Shown here one piece after another: positions 1 through 9,058 of a stretch of DNA of 32,000 nt. Position numbers and translations under genes: made by a program. Position 1 is the first letter of the stretch; every line of letters begins with the position of its first letter. Origin of the DNA: Candidatus Saccharimonadota bacterium (GTDB lineage: Bacteria > Bacteroidota > Bacteroidia > Flavobacteriales > Blattabacteriaceae); assembly GCF_000709555.1 (NCBI RefSeq), contig NZ_CP006873.1:270001-302000 (forward strand), given 5' to 3'. Under the pieces are notes generated by a model that saw only the letters and a program-made list of their open reading frames with translations, did not search any database and had not been told where the DNA came from.

Positions 1-1157
1 TTCAGTGTAACAACGTAGTGCACGCATAATCTACTCTGATCTATCATCTTTTTAGCTTCTTTAGCATTAGTTCCTTGTAACCGTACAATCAAAGGGACAT
101 GTATTCCTCCTTCTATAATTTGATTGGCAGCTATGATACCTTGGGCAATGGTATCACAACGGACAATCCCTCCGAAAATATTAATGAATATAGCTGAAAT
201 GGTCTTATCTTTCAATAAAATACAAACAGCTTTTTCGACTCGATGTGCATCTACGGTTCCTCCTACATCAAGAAAATTAGCGGGACTTACCCCAGACAAT
301 TTAATCAGATCCATAGTCGCCATAGCTAAACCTGCCCCATTAACAATACAGCCAACATTACTATCAAGTTTTACAAAATTCAACCCTGCTTTCGCGGCCT
401 CCACTTCATAAGGATCTTCCTCATCTATATCACGCAGAGCAGCATAGTCAGGATGTCTATAAAGAGCATTATCATCTATAACGACTTTAGTATCAACAGC
501 TATAATCTTATTATCAGAAGTTTTTAATAATGGATTAATCTCAATCATGGAAGCGTCTGATGCAACATAAGCCTTATAAAGCGTTTTTATAAAAATGATG
601 AATTCTTTGAATACCTGGGTAGGTAATTTCATATTAAAAGCTATCTTTTTCGCTTGAAAGTCAAATATCCCAAAGTACGGGTCTATCTCTTCTATCAAAA
701 TTTGTTCCTGTGATTCTTTAGCTATTTGTTCAATATCTACACCTCCTTCTTGAGAATACATGATTATATTTTTTTCTTTATTTCGGTCTATGAGTATAGA
801 TATATAGTATTCTTTAATCTCACTTTTCCCTTTATAATAAACATCTTGTCCTATCATTACACGATGTACTAGTTTTCCTTCCTTCGGTGTTTGAGGTGTA
901 ATCAAACGCATCCCTATAATTTTTGAGGATATTTCATAGACCTCTTTCAGAGATTTCGCCATTTTTATACCTCCTCCTTTTCCACGTCCTCCAGCATGTA
1001 TTTGCGCTTTGACTATCCAAATATTGGACCCGGTGGTTTTAGTTATTTTTTTTGCCATAGTTATGGCTTCATATGGTGTTCGTGCTACCTTCCCCAATGG
1101 AACCTTTATTCCAAAAGAGTGAAGTATGTTCTTTCCTTGATATTCATGTAAATTCAT
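1..1157 (-). CDS. sucC: succinyl-CoA synthetase beta subunit (3' end runs off the window start)
   Basis: Absent from the ORF track because there is no stop inside the window. Minus-strand translation from ATG 1157-1155 gives MNLHEYQGKNILHSFGIKVPLGKVARTPYEA...IVKAQIHAGGRGKGGGIK. Near position 1 it still reads ...IIEGGIHVPLIVRLQGTNAKEAKKMIDQS. These are canonical SucC N-terminal and C-terminal motifs. Confidence 0.93.
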   Translation of the reverse strand, partial: MNLHEYQGKNILHSFGIKVPLGKVARTPYEAITMAKKITKTTGSNIWIVKAQIHAGGRGKGGGIKMAKSLKEVYEISSKIIGMRLITPQTPKEGKLVHRVMIGQDVYYKGKSEIKEYYISILIDRNKEKNIIMYSQEGGVDIEQIAKESQEQILIEEIDPYFGIFDFQAKKIAFNMKLPTQVFKEFIIFIKTLYKAYVASDASMIEINPLLKTSDNKIIAVDTKVVIDDNALYRHPDYAALRDIDEEDPYEVEAAKAGLNFVKLDSNVGCIVNGAGLAMATMDLIKLSGVSPANFLDVGGTVDAHRVEKAVCILLKDKTISAIFINIFGGIVRCDTIAQGIIAANQIIEGGIHVPLIVRLQGTNAKEAKKMIDQSRLCVHYVVTL

Positions 1158-1355
1158 AAGACTTTATTATGAATGATGAGTTAATAAAAAGATTTTTCAA
1201 TCCGCGCTTTATGATTATAAAATTAAGTCGGGGGCAATTTCCTTCCGTGATAACGAGGATACGGCCTTGCGTAAAAAATAATAATAATTTGTCTCTATAT
1301 TTTCCTGTTACCTAAACCCTGATATATTTATCTATTTTTAATAGATAAAAAATTT

Positions 1356-2348
1356 ATGAAAGTCGTCGTTGTTGGAGCTACAGGAATGGTAGGTAAAGTT
1401 ATACTAAAAGTATTAGAAGAAAGAAAATTCCCGGTAACCGAATTAATCTTAGTTGCTTCAGAAAGATCTCTAGAAAAAGAAATTTGTTTCAAAGGTAAAA
1501 AATATAAACTTACTAGTCTAAAAAAAGCGATTAGGATGTTCCCTAACATTGCTTTATTTTCAGCTGGAAGCGAAATTTCAAAAGAATGGGCTCCTAAATT
1601 TGCAAAAATAGGAACTACAGTCATCGATAATTCTTCAGCTTGGAGGATGGATTCTTCAAAAAAACTCGTTGTACCTGAAATTAACGCCCATCAACTAACA
1701 GAAAAAGATAAAATTATTGCTAATCCTAATTGTTCCACCATTCAGTTAGTAATGGTTCTTAATCCTTTGCATCAAAAATACGGAATCGAACGTGTCTTTA
1801 TTTCTACTTATCAATCAGTCACAGGGACTGGAAAAAAAGCTGTAGATCAATTATTTGCGGAATCGAAAGGAAAATATTGCGACCGAATTTATCCATACCC
1901 CATTTACCAAAATGCAATTCCACAGTGCGATTCTTTTGAAGAAAATGGATATACTAAAGAAGAACTGAAATTGATAAGAGAACCAAAGAAAATTATGGGA
2001 GTAAAAAATATGGGGGTGAGTGCCACAGCAGTTAGGGTTCCAGTGATCGGGGGACATTCTGAAAGTGTACAGATTTCTTTCAAAAAAGACTTTGAACTAG
2101 ATGAATTACGAGAAATATTGAAAAATACACCAGGATTAATACTACAAGATAATCCGAAAAATAATTATTATCCCATGCCTATTCATTCCTACGGAAAAGA
2201 CGAAGTATTTGTTGGAAGATTGCGTAGGGATTTGTCACAAGAAAATAGCTTATTACTTTGGATAGTCGCTGATAATTTGCGAAAAGGTGCAGCCACTAAC
2301 GCAATACAAATTGCCGAGTATTTGATAAATCATAAACTGATACAGTAG
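1356..2348 (+). CDS. asd: aspartate-semialdehyde dehydrogenase
   Basis: 330-aa ORF. Has the N-terminal Rossmann motif MKVVVVGATGMVGK, the active-site region NPNCSTIQLV, and VPVIGGHSESV. Confidence 0.95.
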   Translation: MKVVVVGATGMVGKVILKVLEERKFPVTELILVASERSLEKEICFKGKKYKLTSLKKAIRMFPNIALFSAGSEISKEWAPKFAKIGTTVIDNSSAWRMDSSKKLVVPEINAHQLTEKDKIIANPNCSTIQLVMVLNPLHQKYGIERVFISTYQSVTGTGKKAVDQLFAESKGKYCDRIYPYPIYQNAIPQCDSFEENGYTKEELKLIREPKKIMGVKNMGVSATAVRVPVIGGHSESVQISFKKDFELDELREILKNTPGLILQDNPKNNYYPMPIHSYGKDEVFVGRLRRDLSQENSLLLWIVADNLRKGAATNAIQIAEYLINHKLIQ

Positions 2349-2363
2349 AATATTTCCCTCTGA

Positions 2364-3158
2364 ATGAATATTTACAGTAATAAAAATTTGAAAATAAAAA
2401 ATCTATTGAGATTACAAAAAAAATACGGACTTCGTATAGAGCAACATCTTATTATTGTAGAAGGCCTCAGAGAAATTGAAAAAGCGTTACAAGGAAATTA
2501 TAAACCTAAAGAAATTTTTATATGTAAAGATCTTACTGAAAAGATAAATGTTCTACAACATTTTCCTAGAATTATAGAAATTAGCCGTAAAGTTTTTGAA
2601 AAAATTGCTTATAGAAAAAAAAGCGGAGGATTAATAGGTCTTTTTTATCGGCACGCTATTAAATTGGAGAATTTGAATACAAGCAAGGCATTATTTTTGC
2701 TAATTCTTGATGGGATTGAAAAACCTGGAAATTTAGGCGCTATTTTGAGAAGTGCTGAAGCTATAGATTTAGATGGGATTATACTTTATAAATCTAAAAC
2801 AGATATTTTTCATCCCAATGTAATACGAGCAAGCTTAGGAACAGTATTTACCCAAAAAATCATAGAAATAGCACCTTCAAAATTATTTTTTTGGATAAAA
2901 AAAAATAAGGTCCAACTGATAGTTTCTTCACTGAGAAATGATGCTACTAATTTATATCATAGTGATTTAAGAGCAAAAATTGCTGTTGTGATAGGATCAG
3001 AATCTTTTGGGGCTTCAAAAGAAATAATTAAAGCATCCGATAAAATATTAAAAATTCCAATGCGGGGAAATATTGATTCATTAAATGTAAGTAATGCCGC
3101 AGCTGTAATCCTTTTTGAGGCCTTTCGTCAGCGTTTAGATGGTATTAGCTCAAATTAA
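2364..3158 (+). CDS. SpoU/TrmH-family RNA 2'-O-methyltransferase
   Basis: 264-aa ORF with SpoU motifs GNLGAILRSAEA, VIGSESFG and IPMRGNIDSLNVSNAAAVILFE. Confidence 0.85.
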   Translation: MNIYSNKNLKIKNLLRLQKKYGLRIEQHLIIVEGLREIEKALQGNYKPKEIFICKDLTEKINVLQHFPRIIEISRKVFEKIAYRKKSGGLIGLFYRHAIKLENLNTSKALFLLILDGIEKPGNLGAILRSAEAIDLDGIILYKSKTDIFHPNVIRASLGTVFTQKIIEIAPSKLFFWIKKNKVQLIVSSLRNDATNLYHSDLRAKIAVVIGSESFGASKEIIKASDKILKIPMRGNIDSLNVSNAAAVILFEAFRQRLDGISSN

Positions 3159-3195
3159 ACAGATAAACTTATTACACTCGTCAAACAATTAACAA

Positions 3196-3531
3196 GTGAA
3201 AAATAATTTTATCGAACTTTACAAAAATGGCTATTCTGTGCAAACGAATGGATTAAAAATTATTTTTCTCCAAAAAAAATCTATATGTTTTTTATCAAAA
3301 ATTTGTGTCTATGTTCCGAAAAAATTTATTAAAAGCGCAGTAAAAAGAAATCTAGTTAAACGAAGAATCAGAAACGCCTATATACGAAAGTTTTTAAAAC
3401 AAAATGGGCAACCCTCTTATTTAATATTATTTCTTTGGATGAAGAAAGAACTTACGAAAGTTCAGGAAATAGAAATGTATATTATAAATAATATAGAAAA
3501 AATATTTTACTTATTTTTAATTAGTAAATAA
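3196..3531 (+). CDS. rnpA: RNase P protein component (GTG start, N-terminally short)
   Basis: Basic core SAVKRNLVKRRIRNAYIRK matches the RnpA RNR-type motif. Starts at GTG 3196, two codons after an in-frame TAA (3190-3192). The usual about 10-15 N-terminal residues therefore appear to have been cut off. Confidence 0.8.
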   Translation: MKNNFIELYKNGYSVQTNGLKIIFLQKKSICFLSKICVYVPKKFIKSAVKRNLVKRRIRNAYIRKFLKQNGQPSYLILFLWMKKELTKVQEIEMYIINNIEKIFYLFLISK

Positions 3532-3692
3532 ATAAGTATTAATAGGAACCCACATATCGAAATGATAAAACCCAAACAATATTTGAAAGGATTTTCAGAC
3601 AAAAAAGATGTTGTTGGATTGAATAGTATGTAGATATATAGTACTATAAGTAAAATAAACGCACCTAAAAATAGGTATAGAATTTTTTTCAT
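3507..3692 (-). CDS. hypothetical small two-TM membrane peptide (may be an AT-bias artefact)
   Basis: 61-aa ORF downstream of Thx on the same strand, very hydrophobic (F/I/L/Y rich). It overlaps the rnpA 3' end by 25 nt. I recognise no family. Confidence 0.3.
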   Translation of the reverse strand: MKKILYLFLGAFILLIVLYIYILFNPTTSFLSENPFKYCLGFIISICGFLLILIYLLIKNK

Positions 3693-3745
3693 TGTTTAAA
3701 GGATGATATCTACACCTTCTACTATGTACTCTCTTTATAGTCATC

Positions 3746-3853
3746 CTATATTTTTTTTTTAAGACGTTTGATATTTTTTGGGCTCAACCGAGTGTTCCCA
3801 TAAGTCCCTCTATTAATTTTTCCACGACGTGTTTTTTTATCTCCCTTTCCCAT
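3746..3853 (-). CDS. 30S ribosomal protein Thx (35 aa, below the ORF-track cutoff)
   Basis: Hand translation of the minus strand from ATG 3853-3851 gives MGKGDKKTRRGKINRGTYGNTRLSPKNIKRLKKKI* with stop at 3748-3746. The GKGD++TRRGKI.RGTYG signature is that of Thermus/Bacteroidota Thx. Confidence 0.8.
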   Translation of the reverse strand: MGKGDKKTRRGKINRGTYGNTRLSPKNIKRLKKKI

Positions 3854-3896
3854 GTTATATGTATTTTTTTATCGTATCAAATATATAAAAATCGTG

Positions 3897-5123
3897 TTAA
3901 ATAAACAACATTTCGCAGGCTTTAGTAATATACTCACAAAGTTTTTCAGCTTCTTCTATGGTATTATAAACAGCAAAACTAGCTCTAATGGTTCCAATTG
4001 TTCCTAAAGCTTTCATAAGCGGTTGGGCACAATGATGACCTGTGCGTACTGCAATTCCCATTCTATCTAGAAGACTACCTAGATCAAACGGGTGTACTCC
4101 AGATAAATTAAAAGATACGATAGTGGAACGTGGTGCAGTATCTGCATACTGGGAAAGACCATTTAATGAATTTAAATGACGACTTACTTCTTTTATCAGA
4201 TAATCTTCGTAAGATTTAATCCTATCCAGACCTATATTTTCGATAAAAAATAATGCGCTTTCCCAAGCAATAATTCCAGCAATATTTGGGGTTCCAGCTT
4301 CTAACTTAAAAGGTAATTCAGCATAAATAGTTTTATCAAAATTTACCTCTTTAATCATTTCACCTCCTCCTTGCCATGGAGAAAATTTTTCAAGCAAATT
4401 CTTTTTTCCATATAATACTCCTATACCTGTAGGACCATACATCTTATGAGCTGAAAAAGCATAAAAGTCAACATCTAAATCTTGGACATCTATTTTAGTA
4501 TGAGCAGGTGCTTGAGCTCCATCAATAAAAACCCAAGCACCTTGATTATGTACTTTTTGGATAATTTCTTTGATAGGATTTATTACTCCTAACACGTTAG
4601 AAATGTGATTTATAGAAACGATCCGAGTCCGTTCACTTAAAAGTCTATCTAAGACTTCTATACATAAACAACCATTTGTTTCTATTGGAATAATATTCAA
4701 ATGGGCGTTTTTGCGTTGGCATAACATTTGCCATGGGACAATATTAGAGTGATGCTCAAGTTCTGAAAGTATAATATCATCTCCTTCATGTATAAAATCA
4801 TTCATAGCGTACGCTATTAAATTAATAGATTCAGTTGTACCCTTAGTAAATATTATTTCCTGCACACTAAAAGAATTGATAAATCTGTGTATATGCTCAC
4901 GACTTCTTTCCATAGCTTCTGTAGCCACTTGACTCATATAGTGAATCCCACGATGAACATTAGAATTCATAGTGCTATAATATTTATTTATAGCACTGAT
5001 CACTTCCATAGGTTTTTGAGTGGTGGCTGCGTTGTCTAAATATATCCAAGGGTGATCATAGACTTTCTTAGAAAGAATAGGAAAATTTTTTCTTATGTCA
5101 CGTATTTCTGATGGTGATAACAT
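3897..5123 (-). CDS. sufS: cysteine desulfurase SufS (class V aminotransferase)
   Basis: 408-aa ORF. Has the PLP lysine region FSAHKMYGPTGIGVLYG and the C-terminal catalytic RTGHHCAQP. Confidence 0.95.
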   Translation of the reverse strand: MLSPSEIRDIRKNFPILSKKVYDHPWIYLDNAATTQKPMEVISAINKYYSTMNSNVHRGIHYMSQVATEAMERSREHIHRFINSFSVQEIIFTKGTTESINLIAYAMNDFIHEGDDIILSELEHHSNIVPWQMLCQRKNAHLNIIPIETNGCLCIEVLDRLLSERTRIVSINHISNVLGVINPIKEIIQKVHNQGAWVFIDGAQAPAHTKIDVQDLDVDFYAFSAHKMYGPTGIGVLYGKKNLLEKFSPWQGGGEMIKEVNFDKTIYAELPFKLEAGTPNIAGIIAWESALFFIENIGLDRIKSYEDYLIKEVSRHLNSLNGLSQYADTAPRSTIVSFNLSGVHPFDLGSLLDRMGIAVRTGHHCAQPLMKALGTIGTIRASFAVYNTIEEAEKLCEYITKACEMLFI

Positions 5124-5131
5124 TCTGAGGT

Positions 5132-6415
5132 TTATAAATAAAAATTAAGATAGACATTCATTTTTTTACTTATGATTTCATAAAGATGTTTCTTTAGTTT
5201 TGGAATAGGAATATGTTCTAACACCTCTTGAACAAAAGCAAACATCAATTGTGCACGAGCCTCTTTTTCAGAAATCCCCCGGGAACGAAAATAAAAAAGA
5301 GCTTGTTCGTTAAACTGACCAATAGTACAACCGTGAGTGCATCGTACATCGTCTGCAAAAATTTCAAGGTGAGGCTTTGTCTTTACAGAAGTTTTTCTGG
5401 ATAGTAAAATATTGTTATTCCTTTGAAAAGCATCAGTTTTTTTTGCTTCTTTCCGAACTATTATTTTTCCATTAAAAACACCTTTAGCTTTATCATCAAA
5501 TATCCCTTTGTAGATTTCATGACTTTTACCATTAGGATAAGCATGTTCTATTACAGTATGATGATCCACCAAAATTTCTCCATGAAGAATACTAATCCCA
5601 TTTAGTTTTGAACATCCTTTTGAATCACGTTGATAAATATGTAAATTGTTCCTAACTAGTTTTCCTCCAAAAGAAAAAGTACTTATAGAACACTTGCTTT
5701 TAAACTTTTGATAAATAAACGTCTGATCTATTAAAGAAGATTTAGAAATATCATTCTGGATTTTAAAATATTCTAAATGACTATGAGCATCCGTATAGAT
5801 CTCTGTTACAGAATTGCTTAATGGAATATATGATCCTAATGTATAATGTTTTTCTATAATTTCGGCGTAAGATCCTTTTCCTAAAATTACCAAGTTTCTC
5901 GGAAAAAGAAGTGTATAGTGGGAATCTACCCCACTAGAAAAGTATACTATTTGTATAGGATGTTCTACTCTGAGACCATCTGGTATGTGTATATAGGCCA
6001 CATCTTGGGCTAAAGCGGTATTCATAGCATTGAATCCATCTTGCGATGAAGAAAGTTTAGCATAAAAAGCTATAATATAAACATATTTTTCTGGAGAAAG
6101 TCCATGAGAAAAAACACTAATGTTTTTGTCTTGGGGCTGGGAAAACCGTGCACTATACACCCCATTAACAAAGACTAATCGGGAACTATCAGTAGGATAT
6201 AATAAATGAGGCTGTATATCTTTCCATTCTATAGAAGTCTTATGAGAAAACATATAATCACGATTTAATAATGGGATGTTCCATTCGTCAATCGTGGTCA
6301 ATACTTTTTTTTTAAATGTTTTTATAGCGGAAAAACGAAGTGTCTGAAAATATTCATGCCAAGGTCTTTTCTTCTTGAAATAAGAAGAGATAATCTTTTT
6401 TTTTATATCTATCAT
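5132..6415 (-). CDS. sufD: Fe-S cluster assembly protein SufD
   Basis: The C-terminal block EIFADDVRCTHGCTIGQFNEQALFYFRSRGI is SufD. The track start at 6433 is a TTG inside sufC. The ATG at 6415-6413 overlaps the sufC stop as TAATG, suggesting translational coupling, so I prefer that start. Confidence 0.9.
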   Translation of the reverse strand: MIDIKKKIISSYFKKKRPWHEYFQTLRFSAIKTFKKKVLTTIDEWNIPLLNRDYMFSHKTSIEWKDIQPHLLYPTDSSRLVFVNGVYSARFSQPQDKNISVFSHGLSPEKYVYIIAFYAKLSSSQDGFNAMNTALAQDVAYIHIPDGLRVEHPIQIVYFSSGVDSHYTLLFPRNLVILGKGSYAEIIEKHYTLGSYIPLSNSVTEIYTDAHSHLEYFKIQNDISKSSLIDQTFIYQKFKSKCSISTFSFGGKLVRNNLHIYQRDSKGCSKLNGISILHGEILVDHHTVIEHAYPNGKSHEIYKGIFDDKAKGVFNGKIIVRKEAKKTDAFQRNNNILLSRKTSVKTKPHLEIFADDVRCTHGCTIGQFNEQALFYFRSRGISEKEARAQLMFAFVQEVLEHIPIPKLKKHLYEIISKKMNVYLNFYL

Positions 6416-7158
6416 TAATGAGTTTTTATCCAATCATAACCTTTTTTTTCGAGTTCCATCGTAAGTTTTTTGTCCCCTGATTTTACGATTTTACCTTGGT
6501 ATAAGACATGAACATAATCTGGAACAATATCCTGCAAAATACGATGATAATGCGTAATTATTAAAATCGCATTTTCCCTATTTTTTAGGCTCTTTATTCC
6601 ATTAGCTACTATTCGTAGTGCATCAATATCCAGTCCTGAGTCTGTTTCATCAAGAATAGCCAATTTAGGTTCTAACATAGCCATTTGAAAAATTTCGGTA
6701 AGTTTTTTTTCTCCACCTGAGAAACCCTCGTTGATAGAACGATAAAGTAAATTTTTGTCTATTCCTAAAAGGGTAGAGTTTTGATGAATTTTCTTTAGCA
6801 TATCAGTAGCAGTCATCTCTTCCAATCCCTTAGCCTTCCTAAAAGAGTTTATAGCTGTACGAATAAAATTTGTTATAGACACTCCTGGTATTTCTATAGG
6901 ATATTGAAAAGAAAGGAATATCCCTAAATGTGCCCGCTTTTCTGGTGAATATTTTAAAATATTTTTTCCTTCGAAAAATATGCTTCCATGAGTTACTTCG
7001 TAACCTTCTTTTCCAGCAATAATAGAAGATAGCGTACTTTTTCCAGAACCATTAGGTCCCATAATGGCATGAATTTCTCCTTTCTTAATTTTCAAATTTA
7101 TTCCTCTCAGAATATTTTTTTCTTTTATCCTAACATGAAGATCAATGATATTTAACAT
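6415..7158 (-). CDS. sufC: Fe-S cluster assembly ATPase SufC
   Basis: 247 aa with Walker A GPNGSGKST, signature FSGGEKK and Walker B LAILDETDSGLD. Confidence 0.96.
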   Translation of the reverse strand: MLNIIDLHVRIKEKNILRGINLKIKKGEIHAIMGPNGSGKSTLSSIIAGKEGYEVTHGSIFFEGKNILKYSPEKRAHLGIFLSFQYPIEIPGVSITNFIRTAINSFRKAKGLEEMTATDMLKKIHQNSTLLGIDKNLLYRSINEGFSGGEKKLTEIFQMAMLEPKLAILDETDSGLDIDALRIVANGIKSLKNRENAILIITHYHRILQDIVPDYVHVLYQGKIVKSGDKKLTMELEKKGYDWIKTH

Positions 7159-7173
7159 AATTACAGAATATTA

Positions 7174-8610
7174 CTATCCTACTGATCCTTCTAAAGAAAT
7201 TTCTAATAGTTTTTTGGCTTCCACAGAAAATTCCAGAGGCAATTTATTAAGTACTTCTTTGCTAAAACCGTTAACGATAAGGGCTATAGCCTTTTCTTTA
7301 TTTATTCCTCTTTGATTGCAAAAAAAAATCTGATCTTCTCCAATTTTCGATGTGGTAGCTTCATGTTCTATCCTTGCAGAAGGATTGTTTACTTCTATGT
7401 TAGGGAAGGTGTGGGCTCCACATTTATTTCCAATAAGTAGTGAATCACATTGAGAAAAATTTCGGGCATTTTCCGCTTGTTTGGAAACCTTTACTAATCC
7501 TCGATAACTATTTTGTGATTTTCCGGAAGAAATCCCTTTAGAAATAATGGTACTTTTTGTATTATTCCCAATATGGATCATCTTAGTTCCTGTATCGGCT
7601 TGTTGAAAATTTTTTGTAATAGCTACGGAATAAAATTCTCCAATTGAATAATCTCCTTTCAAAATGCAAGATGGATATTTCCACGTTATGGAAGAACCAG
7701 TTTCTACTTGCGTCCAGGAAATTTTAGATCTTGTTTCGCAAATTCCCCTTTTCGTGACAAAGTTATAAACTCCTCCCTTTCCGTCTTTATCTCCAGGAAA
7801 CCAATTTTGCACTGTCGAATATTTAATTTCAGCATCTTCTAACGAAATAAGTTCTACTACGGCAGCATGTAACTGATTTTCATCTCGTCTTGGAGCAGTA
7901 CATCCTTCCAAATAACTTACATAAGCCCCTTTACCAGCGATAACTAATGTCCGTTCAAATTGTCCTGTCCCTCCTTCGTTAATCCGGAAATAAGTAGAAA
8001 GTTCCATTGGACAATGAACTCCATCTGGTATATAACAAAACGAACCATCAGAAAATACTGCAGAATTTAACGCAGCATAGAAATTATCTCTTATTGGGAC
8101 TACCGTTCCAATGTATTTCCTTACTAATTCAGGATGCTTATGTATAGCTTCATTTATTGAACAAAAAATAATCCCTTTTTTTGATAAAGTTTTTTTGAAA
8201 GTAGTCGTTACAGATATAGAGTCTATTACTACATCTAGAGCAACTCCCGCCAAATACTTTTGTTCTTCAAGAGGAATTCCAAGTTTATTAAAAGTTTCTA
8301 ATAAATAAGAATCCACTTGATCCAAACTATTGACAGTAGTTTTTCTTTTAGGAGCAGAATAATAACTAATATCTTGATAATTAAGTTTTTTATATTTAAT
8401 CTGAGACCATTCAGGCTCTTTCATTTCTTTCCATATTTTAAAGGCCTCTAGTCGCCACTGCATCATCCAATTTGGCTCAGATCTTTTTTTTGAAAGAGAA
8501 ACAATAACCTTTTCGTTGAGACCTTTAGGAAATTTATCAGAATCGAGTTGAGAATAAAAACCATACTTATATTCAGATTCAGGAATCTTCTGAAGAAGGT
8601 CTTGTTTCAT
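7174..8610 (-). CDS. sufB: Fe-S cluster assembly scaffold SufB
   Basis: 478 aa. Has SufB blocks [18 protein letters not shown] and [23 protein letters not shown]. Confidence 0.96.
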   Translation of the reverse strand: MKQDLLQKIPESEYKYGFYSQLDSDKFPKGLNEKVIVSLSKKRSEPNWMMQWRLEAFKIWKEMKEPEWSQIKYKKLNYQDISYYSAPKRKTTVNSLDQVDSYLLETFNKLGIPLEEQKYLAGVALDVVIDSISVTTTFKKTLSKKGIIFCSINEAIHKHPELVRKYIGTVVPIRDNFYAALNSAVFSDGSFCYIPDGVHCPMELSTYFRINEGGTGQFERTLVIAGKGAYVSYLEGCTAPRRDENQLHAAVVELISLEDAEIKYSTVQNWFPGDKDGKGGVYNFVTKRGICETRSKISWTQVETGSSITWKYPSCILKGDYSIGEFYSVAITKNFQQADTGTKMIHIGNNTKSTIISKGISSGKSQNSYRGLVKVSKQAENARNFSQCDSLLIGNKCGAHTFPNIEVNNPSARIEHEATTSKIGEDQIFFCNQRGINKEKAIALIVNGFSKEVLNKLPLEFSVEAKKLLEISLEGSVG

Positions 8611-8611
8611 A

Positions 8612-8929
8612 TTAAGCGTAAAAACTCCCTACGCAACCACATTCAGCATTCGGGTTGTAAAAACCTACAGATTTTATTTCTCCTTCCTTAAATACTTTGT
8701 CTTTAGATAAACCTTCTTCTTGCATCAATAAATTTTTTTTTATACAGAATAATCACTGTAGTGAGTGTCTATATATATACTATTTCTCTTAGTGAAAGTC
8801 TAAAAGATCATAACGTCTCATATCCGTTCCTACTAAACATATTGGGTTGGTCTCGTCCTTTTACACGAGCGTTCTCAATTTCTAGGAAATCTTGCTTCAG
8901 TCTATCGATAGAAATTAACCTGCATACAT
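8612..8929 (-). pseudogene. sufA: A-type Fe-S carrier (SufA/IscA/HesB) pseudogene
   Basis: The minus strand ends ...[37 protein letters not shown] (stop 8614-8612), which is the IscA C-terminal GF.F.NPNA..CGCG.SF motif. This frame is closed by a stop at 8752-8754. Upstream the other frames read ISIDRLKQDFLEIENARVKG and RYDLLDFH, separated by stops. The total span of about 318 bp equals a full-length gene of about 106 codons, but no ORF of 60 aa or more survives. Confidence 0.75.
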
Positions 8930-9058
8930 AATGCCATGGTATCCGCTTTTAGGTTATAAAAATTTTACTTTTGTCAAGCTATATCATTACGATTCCGGTA
9001 GAGGGGCTTTCGTGTTACGTTATATCCCTGCGTTTGCAATACTTTAAAAAAAAACTAA

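Noticed and set aside
124-411. Antisense or shadow ORFs in the track. On the plus strand: 124..411, 5423..5605, 8111..8308, 19727..19957, 20026..20211, 22430..22621 and 23575..23826. On the minus strand: 1328..1624, 1851..2057, 10607..10819, 12028..12300, 13025..13213, 14181..14366, 14329..14640, 14762..15001, 18141..18338 and 18607..18807.
   Set aside because: Each lies opposite a well-supported conserved gene or pseudogene. Each has low-complexity F/I/K/L/S-rich composition typical of AT-rich shadow frames, and I recognise no motif in any of them.
1201-1275. GC-rich island in the sucC-asd spacer. Its minus strand contains CACGGAAGGAAATTGCC, resembling the SRP (4.5S) RNA GGAA tetraloop region.
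   Set aside because: The flanking arms do not pair into the required helix 8 hairpin, and the conserved AGCA on the 3' side is replaced by AAUU. It is not supportable as ffs. It may be another small relic: a 50-codon ORF, MNDELIKRFFNPRF..., crosses it.
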